Assembly: GCA_036522215.1 (NCBI GenBank)
Contig: DATDGH010000109.1
Location: 1 to 42,375, forward strand
Source: Candidatus Angelobacter sp.
GTDB taxonomy: Bacteria; Acidobacteriota; Terriglobia; Terriglobales; Acidobacteriaceae
Length of the DNA stretch: 42,375 bases
Direction of reading: 5' to 3'
Shown: in pieces, positions 17,190 through 24,959 of the stretch
How the letters are laid out: every line of letters starts with the position of its first letter
Position numbering within the stretch: position 1 is the stretch's first letter
Notes under the pieces: model-generated
What the model was told of the DNA's origin: nothing
The model's database searches: none
What the model saw: the letters and a program-made list of their open reading frames with translations, nothing else
Position numbers and translations under genes: made by a program

Positions 17190-19802
17190 TCACGGCCCCG
17201 CCGGGCCCGTTCTGACTTCCACGTTGTTTCCATCCAGTAAGAATGTAATCACTCCCAACGTATCTGTGCGATAGGTGCGCGCGTGGTACTCCTGCAATCG
17301 TTCCAAGACCTCCCGGCGAGGATGCCCAAAGGAGTTGTGCGCCCCTACGGAGATAACAGCAAAACGTGGATGCGTAGCCTGCAACAGCTCCGGCGTGGTA
17401 GAGGTGGCGCTGCCATGGTGAGCTACCTTCAACAAATCTGCCTGCACCCACTGGGCGGCGATGAAGTCTTCCATTTTCTTCTCCACGTCACCGGCCAGCA
17501 AAGCCCTCGTATGGCCATATGAAATCAGAAAAGCCAGCGAGTCATCATTCTTCGGCGTCGCCTGTGGGTGCCAATGCTGGGGCGGCGCGAGCACGTGGAT
17601 ATGCGTTCCTGCCCAATCGAAATCGTCGCCCTGAGCGTGATGGCCGATCTCAACGTGATTCAGGAGAGCAGATCGCCGCAGCCGCTGCAATGCCGGAGTT
17701 TCCGGGTTGTTTCCCAGCCACAGCTCGCGTGGATGAAAGTTCTCGATGATGCGCGGCAGACCGCCAATGTGGTCGTCATGTGCATGACTGAGAACAACCA
17801 CATCCAGGTGATCGAGGCCGCGCCACCACAGATAGGGCGATACCACGTCTTCGCCGTAGTCAAATTCGCCGCGAAACGGGCCGATCGCGCCTCCTCCGTC
17901 AATGAGCATGCTCCTGCCTTCGGGCGAGACGATCAGCAGTGAGTCCCCCTGGCCGACGTCAATCGCCGTGATCTCCAGTTTGCTTGTATCGATTCTCGCT
18001 CGCGGTCGATAGAGCGCCGCCACAGCGGCGGCTACAAACAGAAATGTCAGTCCCGCGAACACTACTCTTCGCCGACTGCGCGCGGCAAACAAGGCTGCCA
18101 CAACTCCCAGGCCCGCGAGAATCGAGATCGTTATTGTGGCGTCCGGAATCCGCCACCCTGAAACATTCCAGTGAGAAATCGAGGTGATGATCCCCAGCGT
18201 CCAGTGCAGCGCCGTGGTAGCGATCCAGGCAGCGATGCGCGCCAGCGGAAACCAGACGTAGCTCAGGGCGATCGCGGCCACGGCGCCATTCAGCAAGACG
18301 CCGGCCAGGGGCAACACGAGCAGGTTTGCCGGAAGACCGACGATGGCGGCACGGTGGAAATACATCCGCATGGGCAGCACGAGCACCGCTTGGGTGATGG
18401 AGGAAACAATCAGCAACTCATAGACAGCCAATATGAGGCCGATCAATCCGGTAAGAAAAAGACGGGCAGGCAGCTTTCCCAGGAATCGCGCCAGTCTGCC
18501 CACAATCATCCGCAGGTCAAGCCGGAACTGGGCAATTCCAGGTTCCAGCGTCAGATCGTAACTGGTAGAGTCCAGATGTCGTAAGGCCTGGCGATAGCGA
18601 GTTGAGGTGCGCTCCAGCACCGGCAGGCTTATGCCGGAGATGGCCAGCAAGGCCAGGAAGGTCAACTGGAATGCAGGATCGAACCAGGCGGCAGGGGAGA
18701 GCACCAGAACGACCAGAGCGGCGAAGCCGGTGGCATTCAAGGCCGCGCGGTCACGATAAAACAGACGCGCTATGAGAAACAACGACAACATCAAGACGGC
18801 CCTCATGATGGGAGCGCCCATCCCGGCGACAAAAGCGTAGAAAACCGAAAGCAGGATGGTGACGGTTGACGCCAGCCATTGCGGGGCCCGCAACCTCCTG
18901 GCCAGCCAGAAGACAGCAAACGCCAGCAAACCTACGTTCATTCCGGAGACCACCAGCAAATGGTAGACGCCCGTTTCCTGAAATTCTTCGCGCACATGGC
19001 GCAACAGCAGCGAATCATCGCCCACGATCATGGCGGCAAGCAGCGCCGCATCTTCGTCGCTCCATAGCTTCTGATTGTGCAGGTGCTCAAGAATGCTGCG
19101 GCGAATCCGGCTGCGCCAGAAACCAAGGGTTGTTCCGGCGGAGCCTTGCAGGATTTCTACACGGTCTGCGCGGACTGAAGCCAGCGCTGTGATTCCGAGG
19201 TCGTGGAGATAGCCTTCATAATCAAAAGCTCCAGGGTTGCGAAAATTGCGAGGTGACCGCAGCTTGCCCGTGAGCTTGACGCGCTCTCCATAGACGACCT
19301 GCGGAAACCCAGGCTCAGCTTTTTCACCCTGTTCGTCAGCCGATTGCTCTTTCAAAAAGATCGATGCCCGTATGCCAATCGGCTGCGTGGACTTTGTATC
19401 TCCTATCTGGATGACCTCGGTCTCCAGGTCAAAGCGCTCTCGTGGTTCCGATCCTGCCAGCAGAGCGCCATCATCAGTCACGTGGCCGATGATCTCCACC
19501 TGCACGCCGGAAAGAAATTTGTCAGGAGCAAAGCCGAGTTGCGGAACCGGCATCCACACGCGGCTGCAGGCGCCAACGCAAATGAGCGCTCCCACCGCCG
19601 AGACATAGCCCAAGCGAATACTGTTAACTCTGGCAGCAGCCACAGCACATGCGCTCAAGATCACGCCGGCAGCGATCCACAGCCAAACAGGACGATGCAA
19701 ATGTCCAGCCAGCCAGATGCCGATTCCAAACGCCACGGCGGCGAGCGCAAGCGGAGCGCGTGGATTGGACCTACGAAAGGCGGCTTTTCCGGTTGAGGTC
19801 AT
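17190..19802 (-). CDS. comEC: DNA internalisation-related competence protein ComEC/Rec2
   Basis: Large polytopic competence domain plus a C-terminal metallo-beta-lactamase domain (DVGQGDS, HAHDDHIGG, KVAHHGS). I prefer ATG 19802 (MTSTGKAAF...) because the ORF-track start at 19949 would overlap the divergent gene. Confidence 0.88.
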   Translation of the reverse strand: MTSTGKAAFRRSNPRAPLALAAVAFGIGIWLAGHLHRPVWLWIAAGVILSACAVAAARVNSIRLGYVSAVGALICVGACSRVWMPVPQLGFAPDKFLSGVQVEIIGHVTDDGALLAGSEPRERFDLETEVIQIGDTKSTQPIGIRASIFLKEQSADEQGEKAEPGFPQVVYGERVKLTGKLRSPRNFRNPGAFDYEGYLHDLGITALASVRADRVEILQGSAGTTLGFWRSRIRRSILEHLHNQKLWSDEDAALLAAMIVGDDSLLLRHVREEFQETGVYHLLVVSGMNVGLLAFAVFWLARRLRAPQWLASTVTILLSVFYAFVAGMGAPIMRAVLMLSLFLIARLFYRDRAALNATGFAALVVLVLSPAAWFDPAFQLTFLALLAISGISLPVLERTSTRYRQALRHLDSTSYDLTLEPGIAQFRLDLRMIVGRLARFLGKLPARLFLTGLIGLILAVYELLIVSSITQAVLVLPMRMYFHRAAIVGLPANLLVLPLAGVLLNGAVAAIALSYVWFPLARIAAWIATTALHWTLGIITSISHWNVSGWRIPDATITISILAGLGVVAALFAARSRRRVVFAGLTFLFVAAAVAALYRPRARIDTSKLEITAIDVGQGDSLLIVSPEGRSMLIDGGGAIGPFRGEFDYGEDVVSPYLWWRGLDHLDVVVLSHAHDDHIGGLPRIIENFHPRELWLGNNPETPALQRLRRSALLNHVEIGHHAQGDDFDWAGTHIHVLAPPQHWHPQATPKNDDSLAFLISYGHTRALLAGDVEKKMEDFIAAQWVQADLLKVAHHGSATSTTPELLQATHPRFAVISVGAHNSFGHPRREVLERLQEYHARTYRTDTLGVITFLLDGNNVEVRTGPAGP

Positions 19803-19930
19803 CTGATCCGGCTGTCCTCGAGCATATTTCAAATACGTTCTAAACAGGTCCAATTGAAAGGCAAAATGACCGCTGCATTGTACAAGGAAGCATCGCGTAT
19901 TAGAGTGAGTAAGGAGGCAGGACGCTCGAT

Positions 19931-20284
19931 ATGAACCATTTATCGGCAAGACTGGTTAGCATTGTGCTTATGACATTGTGGATGGTTGGTGCGGTTCGGG
20001 GACAGGCGACCCAGAAACCGCAATCTACCGCCCCGCGAAAGGGCATCTATGCCGCTGGCTGCGTGCAAGCGGGTGTCGAAGCCGGATGCCTGGTCGTTTC
20101 AAATCCCAGGAACAAGACAACCTACAACCTCCTCTTCAAGGGAAAGAAGCCTGCGATCGGAAGCGCAATCCGTTTTACCGGCGTGAGCCATGATGGTCCC
20201 ACCAGTTGCATGCAGGGCGAGGCAATCGATGTAAAAACGTGGACTGCGATCAAGATGAAGTGCAGTACCAGCGATCAGAAATGA
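19931..20284 (+). CDS. Small secreted hypothetical protein (4 Cys)
   Basis: 117 aa with a signal-like N-terminus (LVSIVLMTLWMVGAVRGQ). No family recognised. Confidence 0.5.
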   Translation: MNHLSARLVSIVLMTLWMVGAVRGQATQKPQSTAPRKGIYAAGCVQAGVEAGCLVVSNPRNKTTYNLLFKGKKPAIGSAIRFTGVSHDGPTSCMQGEAIDVKTWTAIKMKCSTSDQK

Positions 20285-20315
20285 TCGGCCAGCGTCAGCG
20301 GCCTGGGCCAGATCC

Positions 20316-21587
20316 TCACCGTGCCAATCTCACCAGGCTCTCAATGTGGAATGTTTGTGGGAACAAATCAATCAGGTGGACCTCTTCCATGCGATAGCCA
20401 AATTCCAGCAGCAGCCGCAAATCACGCGCCAGAGTTGTAGGATCGCATGACAGATAGATGATTCGAGGCACACGCTGCGCGGCCAGCAGTTTGGCCGCTC
20501 TTTCTCCCAAGCCAGCCCTGGGCGGATCTGCCACCACCAAATCAGGGTTCAGGTTCAAAGACTTTTGCAGAAACTGCTCCGTAGTGGCCTGCACTACATT
20601 CACATTTTTCTGCGCGTTGGCTTTCAGGTCTTGTAACGAGGCGGGGTTTGATTCCACGGCGAAGACTTGATGAAAGCGTTTCGACAGATGATTGGCAAAC
20701 AGTCCCACGCCTGAATACAGATCCAACGCCATGCGGCCGGAAACGCCTGTGACTACGGTGTTCACCAGGTCATTCACCAGAAACCGATTTGTCTGGAAGA
20801 ACGATCCTGCACTCACACGGAAAGTCCATTCGCCTGCACTGTAGTTCAAGTGGCCTTCGCCAGCGGTCTCGATCAATTGTGGCAGGCCGGAGGCGCCAGT
20901 GCCGGAAAGTGAGAACAAGGCCATCCCTCTTAGCTCGGGCATACGCTCGCGCACATCGCCAAAAAACTGCTGCAGGCCGGGAATCTGTCCCATCGAATAA
21001 ATTTCCAGAAGGAGAGCGGAATCTTCGTGGTCGACAAAGAACTCAATCTCGCTGATGCCTTCCGGAACTCGCTGTTCCCGGCCTAGCTGCCAAATCCACT
21101 GAATGGCACGATTGATGATGGGCGAGCTGATGGGGCAGCTTTCCACCGCAAGCAATTCGTTTGAAGCCATCCGGTAATATCCAAGGGCAAAGCCCGCTCG
21201 CGTGTTCACCTTCATGCGCGTACGGTTGCGGTAGTGCCAGGGGTCCGATGAATGAATCAAAACTTCACTATCCCAATTGAACTTTCCTGTGCGCTGAAAG
21301 GTCTCCCGCAGAATGGCGGCCTTCATCTCCAACTGGTATTCATAGTCGCTATGCTGATAATGGCAACCGCCACAGCCGCCAAAGTAAGGGCATAGAGGCG
21401 GAATTCTCTTCTCTGACGCTTGCAGCAGTTCCTTCAGATTCGCGCGGATGAAGCCGGTCTTTTCTTCGATGATTTCTGCTGTCACCTCCTCGCCGGGAAG
21501 CACCAGCGGCACAAAGACAGTCTTGCCTTCCGGGCTGCGCGCCAGTCCGTCGCCTCCGTAAATCATTTTTTCGATGGTGAGCTTCAC
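20316..21587 (-). CDS. rlmD: 23S rRNA (uracil-C5)-methyltransferase, RlmD/RumA family
   Basis: N-terminal TRAM domain, Fe-S cluster cysteines CPYFGGCGGCHYQH, a SAM-binding fold (LDLYSGVGLF) and the catalytic region DPPRAG...YLSCDP. Confidence 0.88.
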   Translation of the reverse strand: MKLTIEKMIYGGDGLARSPEGKTVFVPLVLPGEEVTAEIIEEKTGFIRANLKELLQASEKRIPPLCPYFGGCGGCHYQHSDYEYQLEMKAAILRETFQRTGKFNWDSEVLIHSSDPWHYRNRTRMKVNTRAGFALGYYRMASNELLAVESCPISSPIINRAIQWIWQLGREQRVPEGISEIEFFVDHEDSALLLEIYSMGQIPGLQQFFGDVRERMPELRGMALFSLSGTGASGLPQLIETAGEGHLNYSAGEWTFRVSAGSFFQTNRFLVNDLVNTVVTGVSGRMALDLYSGVGLFANHLSKRFHQVFAVESNPASLQDLKANAQKNVNVVQATTEQFLQKSLNLNPDLVVADPPRAGLGERAAKLLAAQRVPRIIYLSCDPTTLARDLRLLLEFGYRMEEVHLIDLFPQTFHIESLVRLAR

Positions 21588-22276
21588 ATGTAGAAAAGGC
21601 TGAGCCGGGGAATCTTAGCGTGTTCCAGCAGGCGTTTGTGAACAAACTGCTTGCGCAGTTGCTCCACCTGCGCTGCCGGCATCTTGCTGCGATACGGAGC
21701 AATTTCCCGGTCCGCTTCAGTGCGAATGGCCAGCAGGTCTGCATCATGGGCGGTCATAGTCAGCGCAGCCAGCAGCTTTTCCTCCAGAACGGTGAGATAT
21801 CGCTCCAGATCTTCCAGGGTCAGCGGCAATGCGTGATCGTGGCACCCTTCCGCCAACATGGTCAGCGTGGCCACACACTCGTTGACAACAGTCTCCAGTT
21901 GCGCGGGGCCCGAGACGAGCCGCAGCTTTTCAACGTTTTCAAGAAAATATTTCTTAATTTCGACCGGATTAAGCCCTGGACCGCTGCTCGCCTTCTCGCC
22001 GCCAGCACCGACCGCTGCTTCCTTCATGTCCTCGGCAGCCGCCAGTACTTCCTGCGCACAAAATGCGAGCCCGTTGATCTTCTTCGTTTTGGATGGGCGC
22101 TGTTCCCATCGGTCAAAGGTAGTGTCAATGCCACGCAAAACCGCTTCCAGGGGGATTCCGGCATCTTTCCAGGTCTCAATCAGGGCCCAATCCAGCGTAG
22201 AAAGGATCAGTCCTGTGCCGCGCCGGCGCTGGAATTGCTGTTCAATCTCAGTGAAGTAGTTGAAATAGTTTTCCAA
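21584..22276 (-). CDS. Hypothetical protein (N-terminal DnaD-like helical motif, weak)
   Basis: 230 aa of balanced composition. 4-nt overlap with the rlmD-like start. The N-terminus FTEIEQQFQRRRGTGLILSTLDWALIETWKDAGIPLEAVLRGI resembles the DnaD/DnaB_2 repeat pattern. No enzyme motifs seen. Confidence 0.6.
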   Translation of the reverse strand: MENYFNYFTEIEQQFQRRRGTGLILSTLDWALIETWKDAGIPLEAVLRGIDTTFDRWEQRPSKTKKINGLAFCAQEVLAAAEDMKEAAVGAGGEKASSGPGLNPVEIKKYFLENVEKLRLVSGPAQLETVVNECVATLTMLAEGCHDHALPLTLEDLERYLTVLEEKLLAALTMTAHDADLLAIRTEADREIAPYRSKMPAAQVEQLRKQFVHKRLLEHAKIPRLSLFYM

Positions 22277-22330
22277 GAATCATCAGTGTAAATCACCGCA
22301 GTCAGTGTCATCAGTGGTGAGGTTTGGCAA

Positions 22331-23128
22331 TCAGGACGAGGTTTTTTTCTTTTGCGCTGCAGAGTTCCGCTCCCAGATAATGCGTAAGCCATCGAGCGTC
22401 AGCAGATCGTCAACTGTCTTGATGTATTTGGAGCCTTCACCAATGAGCTTGGCTTGTCCACCAGTGGCCACTACTTTGGTTTCTGTGCCCAATTCTTTTA
22501 GCAGGCGTTCCAGGATCCCGTCCACCAAGCCCAGATAACCGAAGAACAAGCCGGATTGAATGCTGGCAACAGTATTCACCCCGATAATCTTGGAAGGCTG
22601 GCGAACATCCACCAGCGGCAGCCGGGCTGTGTGCTCAAACAGCGCCTGCGCGGAGATGCCGATCCCAGGAGCGATCACTCCTCCAAGATATTCCCCTTTT
22701 CTTGAAACCGCGTCGAACGTGGTGGCCGTACCAAAATCGACTACGACACAAGGTCCACCGTACTTTTCAAACGCCGCTACGCCGTTGACGATGCGGTCGG
22801 CGCCCACTTCTGCCGGATTTTCATAAAGCACCGGCATGCCGGTCTTCACGCCTGGCTCAATAAACAGGGGCTTCAGATGGAAATAGCGTTCGCAAACTTC
22901 GCGCAGAGTGGAATCCATCGGCGGAACCACAGAAGAGATCACAATCCCACGCACGTCCGCCGCCTCGATCTTCTCAATCGAAAACAGATTACGGAACAGG
23001 ACCCCATATTCATCCACCGTATGCGTCTTGATTGTGGCCACGCGCCAGTGGGCGACCAAGTTGCCGGGGTCCATTTCGTAAACACCCAGCACCGTGTTGG
23101 TATTGCCTACGTCAACAACCAGGAGCAT
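22331..23128 (-). CDS. coaX: Type III pantothenate kinase
   Basis: MLLVVDVGNTNTVLGVY and VVDFGTATTFD are ASKHA-fold motifs characteristic of CoaX. Confidence 0.93.
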   Translation of the reverse strand: MLLVVDVGNTNTVLGVYEMDPGNLVAHWRVATIKTHTVDEYGVLFRNLFSIEKIEAADVRGIVISSVVPPMDSTLREVCERYFHLKPLFIEPGVKTGMPVLYENPAEVGADRIVNGVAAFEKYGGPCVVVDFGTATTFDAVSRKGEYLGGVIAPGIGISAQALFEHTARLPLVDVRQPSKIIGVNTVASIQSGLFFGYLGLVDGILERLLKELGTETKVVATGGQAKLIGEGSKYIKTVDDLLTLDGLRIIWERNSAAQKKKTSS

Positions 23129-23993
23129 CAGGTCTCCTCTGCAGCGGACGCACGCTTCCGGATATCACCATGCGCACACCGTGTTTGGTGCGCACACGCA
23201 AAAAACCCTGGGAGTCCAGCCCATCGGTCACGCCGCTGTATCCGCCCTCTTCATCTACATGCACTTCTTTGCCATAGGCGTAGGAGGAACGCGCTTCCAC
23301 TCGCTTTACAATGGCCTCAAAGCGCTGCGCCGGATTGCGGATGGGATGATTTACAGCACGCAGCAAGCCGCGGTACTCGCGGTCCAGCGATTTCAGCAGC
23401 GCCGCCGTGAGTTCCACTCGGGACCAGTCACGACCAGTCTCAATGTGCAGAGAAGTTGCCAGTCCGCGCAGCTCCTGCGGAAATTCACCCTGATTTACAT
23501 TAATTCCAATGCCGACAATGGCGTGGCGTACGCGGCTGCCTTCCGTACTTAACTCGGTAAGAATGCCGCAGAATTTCTTATCGTTCATCAATAGATCGTT
23601 GGGCCAGCGGATGTCGGTGGCGTGACCGGTGACCTCCCTCACCGCGTCCTGCACGGCCACAGCGGCGATCAATGAAAGCCAAAGAGTATCTGACGGCGTA
23701 ATCTGCGGTCGCAGGATGACCGAACAATAAATGCCCGAGCCCCGCACCGAATGCCACTTGTTGCCTCCGCGCCCGCGTCCCGCGGTTTGTTCTTCGGCCA
23801 GGAACACCTCACCCTCTGATGCGGCTTCTGTCTGCTGCTCGGCCAGGGCCGCTGCTCTAGATGCCAGAAGATTGGTCGACTCAGTCTGCAGCCAGTGGTG
23901 AATATGACCGAAGAAAATGGTATTGCGCACCAACGGGCCGAGGGCTTCTGGCAGCAACAGGTCTCCTTGTTCTTGTTGCATGTGAAGGTCCAC
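23112..23993 (-). CDS. birA: Biotin--[acetyl-CoA-carboxylase] ligase
   Basis: GRGRGGNKWHS biotin-binding loop and the downstream KWPNDL-like RWPNDLLMNDKKFCGIL. Alternative ATG start at 23981. 17-nt overlap with coaX. Confidence 0.9.
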   Translation of the reverse strand: MDLHMQQEQGDLLLPEALGPLVRNTIFFGHIHHWLQTESTNLLASRAAALAEQQTEAASEGEVFLAEEQTAGRGRGGNKWHSVRGSGIYCSVILRPQITPSDTLWLSLIAAVAVQDAVREVTGHATDIRWPNDLLMNDKKFCGILTELSTEGSRVRHAIVGIGINVNQGEFPQELRGLATSLHIETGRDWSRVELTAALLKSLDREYRGLLRAVNHPIRNPAQRFEAIVKRVEARSSYAYGKEVHVDEEGGYSGVTDGLDSQGFLRVRTKHGVRMVISGSVRPLQRRPDAPGC

Positions 23994-24062
23994 TTTCGCG
24001 CTGCTTATCAGTTTAGAGCATTTTCACAATGAGTGTGGTCTTTAACCAGCTCCCCAATTTGC

Positions 24063-24941
24063 TCAGGCAGGAAAAATTCTCATGCTCAGGTCTACTGCTG
24101 TGGGTGAGTGGGTAAGTGCGCCAACGGAGATGTAGTCCACACCGGTATCGGCATAGGCGCGCACGTTGTCCAGCCGGATTCCGCCGGATACCTCAATAGG
24201 AATGCGACGCGAATGGTTGCGGATGCGTTCCACACCCCGCCGCACTTCTTCCACATTCATGTTGTCCATGAGCACCGCTTCTGCGCCGTTGTTCAAGGCT
24301 TCTTCCAGTTCGCCCAGCGTGCGCACTTCAATCTCAATGGGTTGTTCGCCACGGCGATCCTTGAGCGCCTTTTGCAACGCCGCCACCACTCCACCTGCAA
24401 GAGCAATGTGGTTGTTCTTGATCAGCACGCCATCGGACAGATCAAGGCGATGGTTCTGCCCGCCTCCGCAACGCACCGCGTATTTATCCAGCACGCGCAA
24501 GCCGGGAACGGTCTTTCGTGTGTCCAGGATGTGCGCATGGGTACCCTGCACCGCGTCAACAAACTTGCGGGTCAAGGTGGCGATACCGCTCAGGCGCTGG
24601 AGAACGTTGAGCATCACGCGCTCGCAGGAGAGCAACACGCGCGCGTTATGACGGATGACTGCAATAGACTGGCCTTTGTGCAGGCGCACGCCATCGAAGA
24701 TTTCCCCGTGGCTGATTACTTCAGAATGCCCGATGGCATTCATGTCCAGCCGCTCGTAGATTTCAAGAATGCCGGAGATTGCGCCCAGACCCGCCAGCAC
24801 GCAGTCCTGCCGGGCAATGATGGTGGCGGTGGCACGCTGTTGCGGATCAATGCAGGTGCGCGAGGTGGCGTCGCTGGTGGCCTTGTCCTCCAGCAGCGCG
24901 TGCTCCAGAATGGAAGAAATTTTCCGGCTGTGCCAATCCAT
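24063..24941 (-). CDS. nadC: Nicotinate-nucleotide diphosphorylase (carboxylating)
   Basis: 292 aa with a QPRTase pattern (ILDTRKTVPGLRVLDKYAVRCGGGQNHRLDLSDGVLIKNNH...ASGGI-like VSGGIRLDNV). Confidence 0.93.
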   Translation of the reverse strand: MDWHSRKISSILEHALLEDKATSDATSRTCIDPQQRATATIIARQDCVLAGLGAISGILEIYERLDMNAIGHSEVISHGEIFDGVRLHKGQSIAVIRHNARVLLSCERVMLNVLQRLSGIATLTRKFVDAVQGTHAHILDTRKTVPGLRVLDKYAVRCGGGQNHRLDLSDGVLIKNNHIALAGGVVAALQKALKDRRGEQPIEIEVRTLGELEEALNNGAEAVLMDNMNVEEVRRGVERIRNHSRRIPIEVSGGIRLDNVRAYADTGVDYISVGALTHSPTAVDLSMRIFPA

Positions 24942-24959
24942 ATAGTTCTTGCCAAAAGC

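Noticed and set aside
21620-22291. 223-aa plus-strand ORF opposite the 230-aa hypothetical gene
   Set aside because: Neither frame has a known family. The minus-strand frame has balanced composition, a 4-nt coupling overlap with the rlmD-like gene and co-orientation with all its neighbours. The plus frame is Arg/Gln/Phe-rich.
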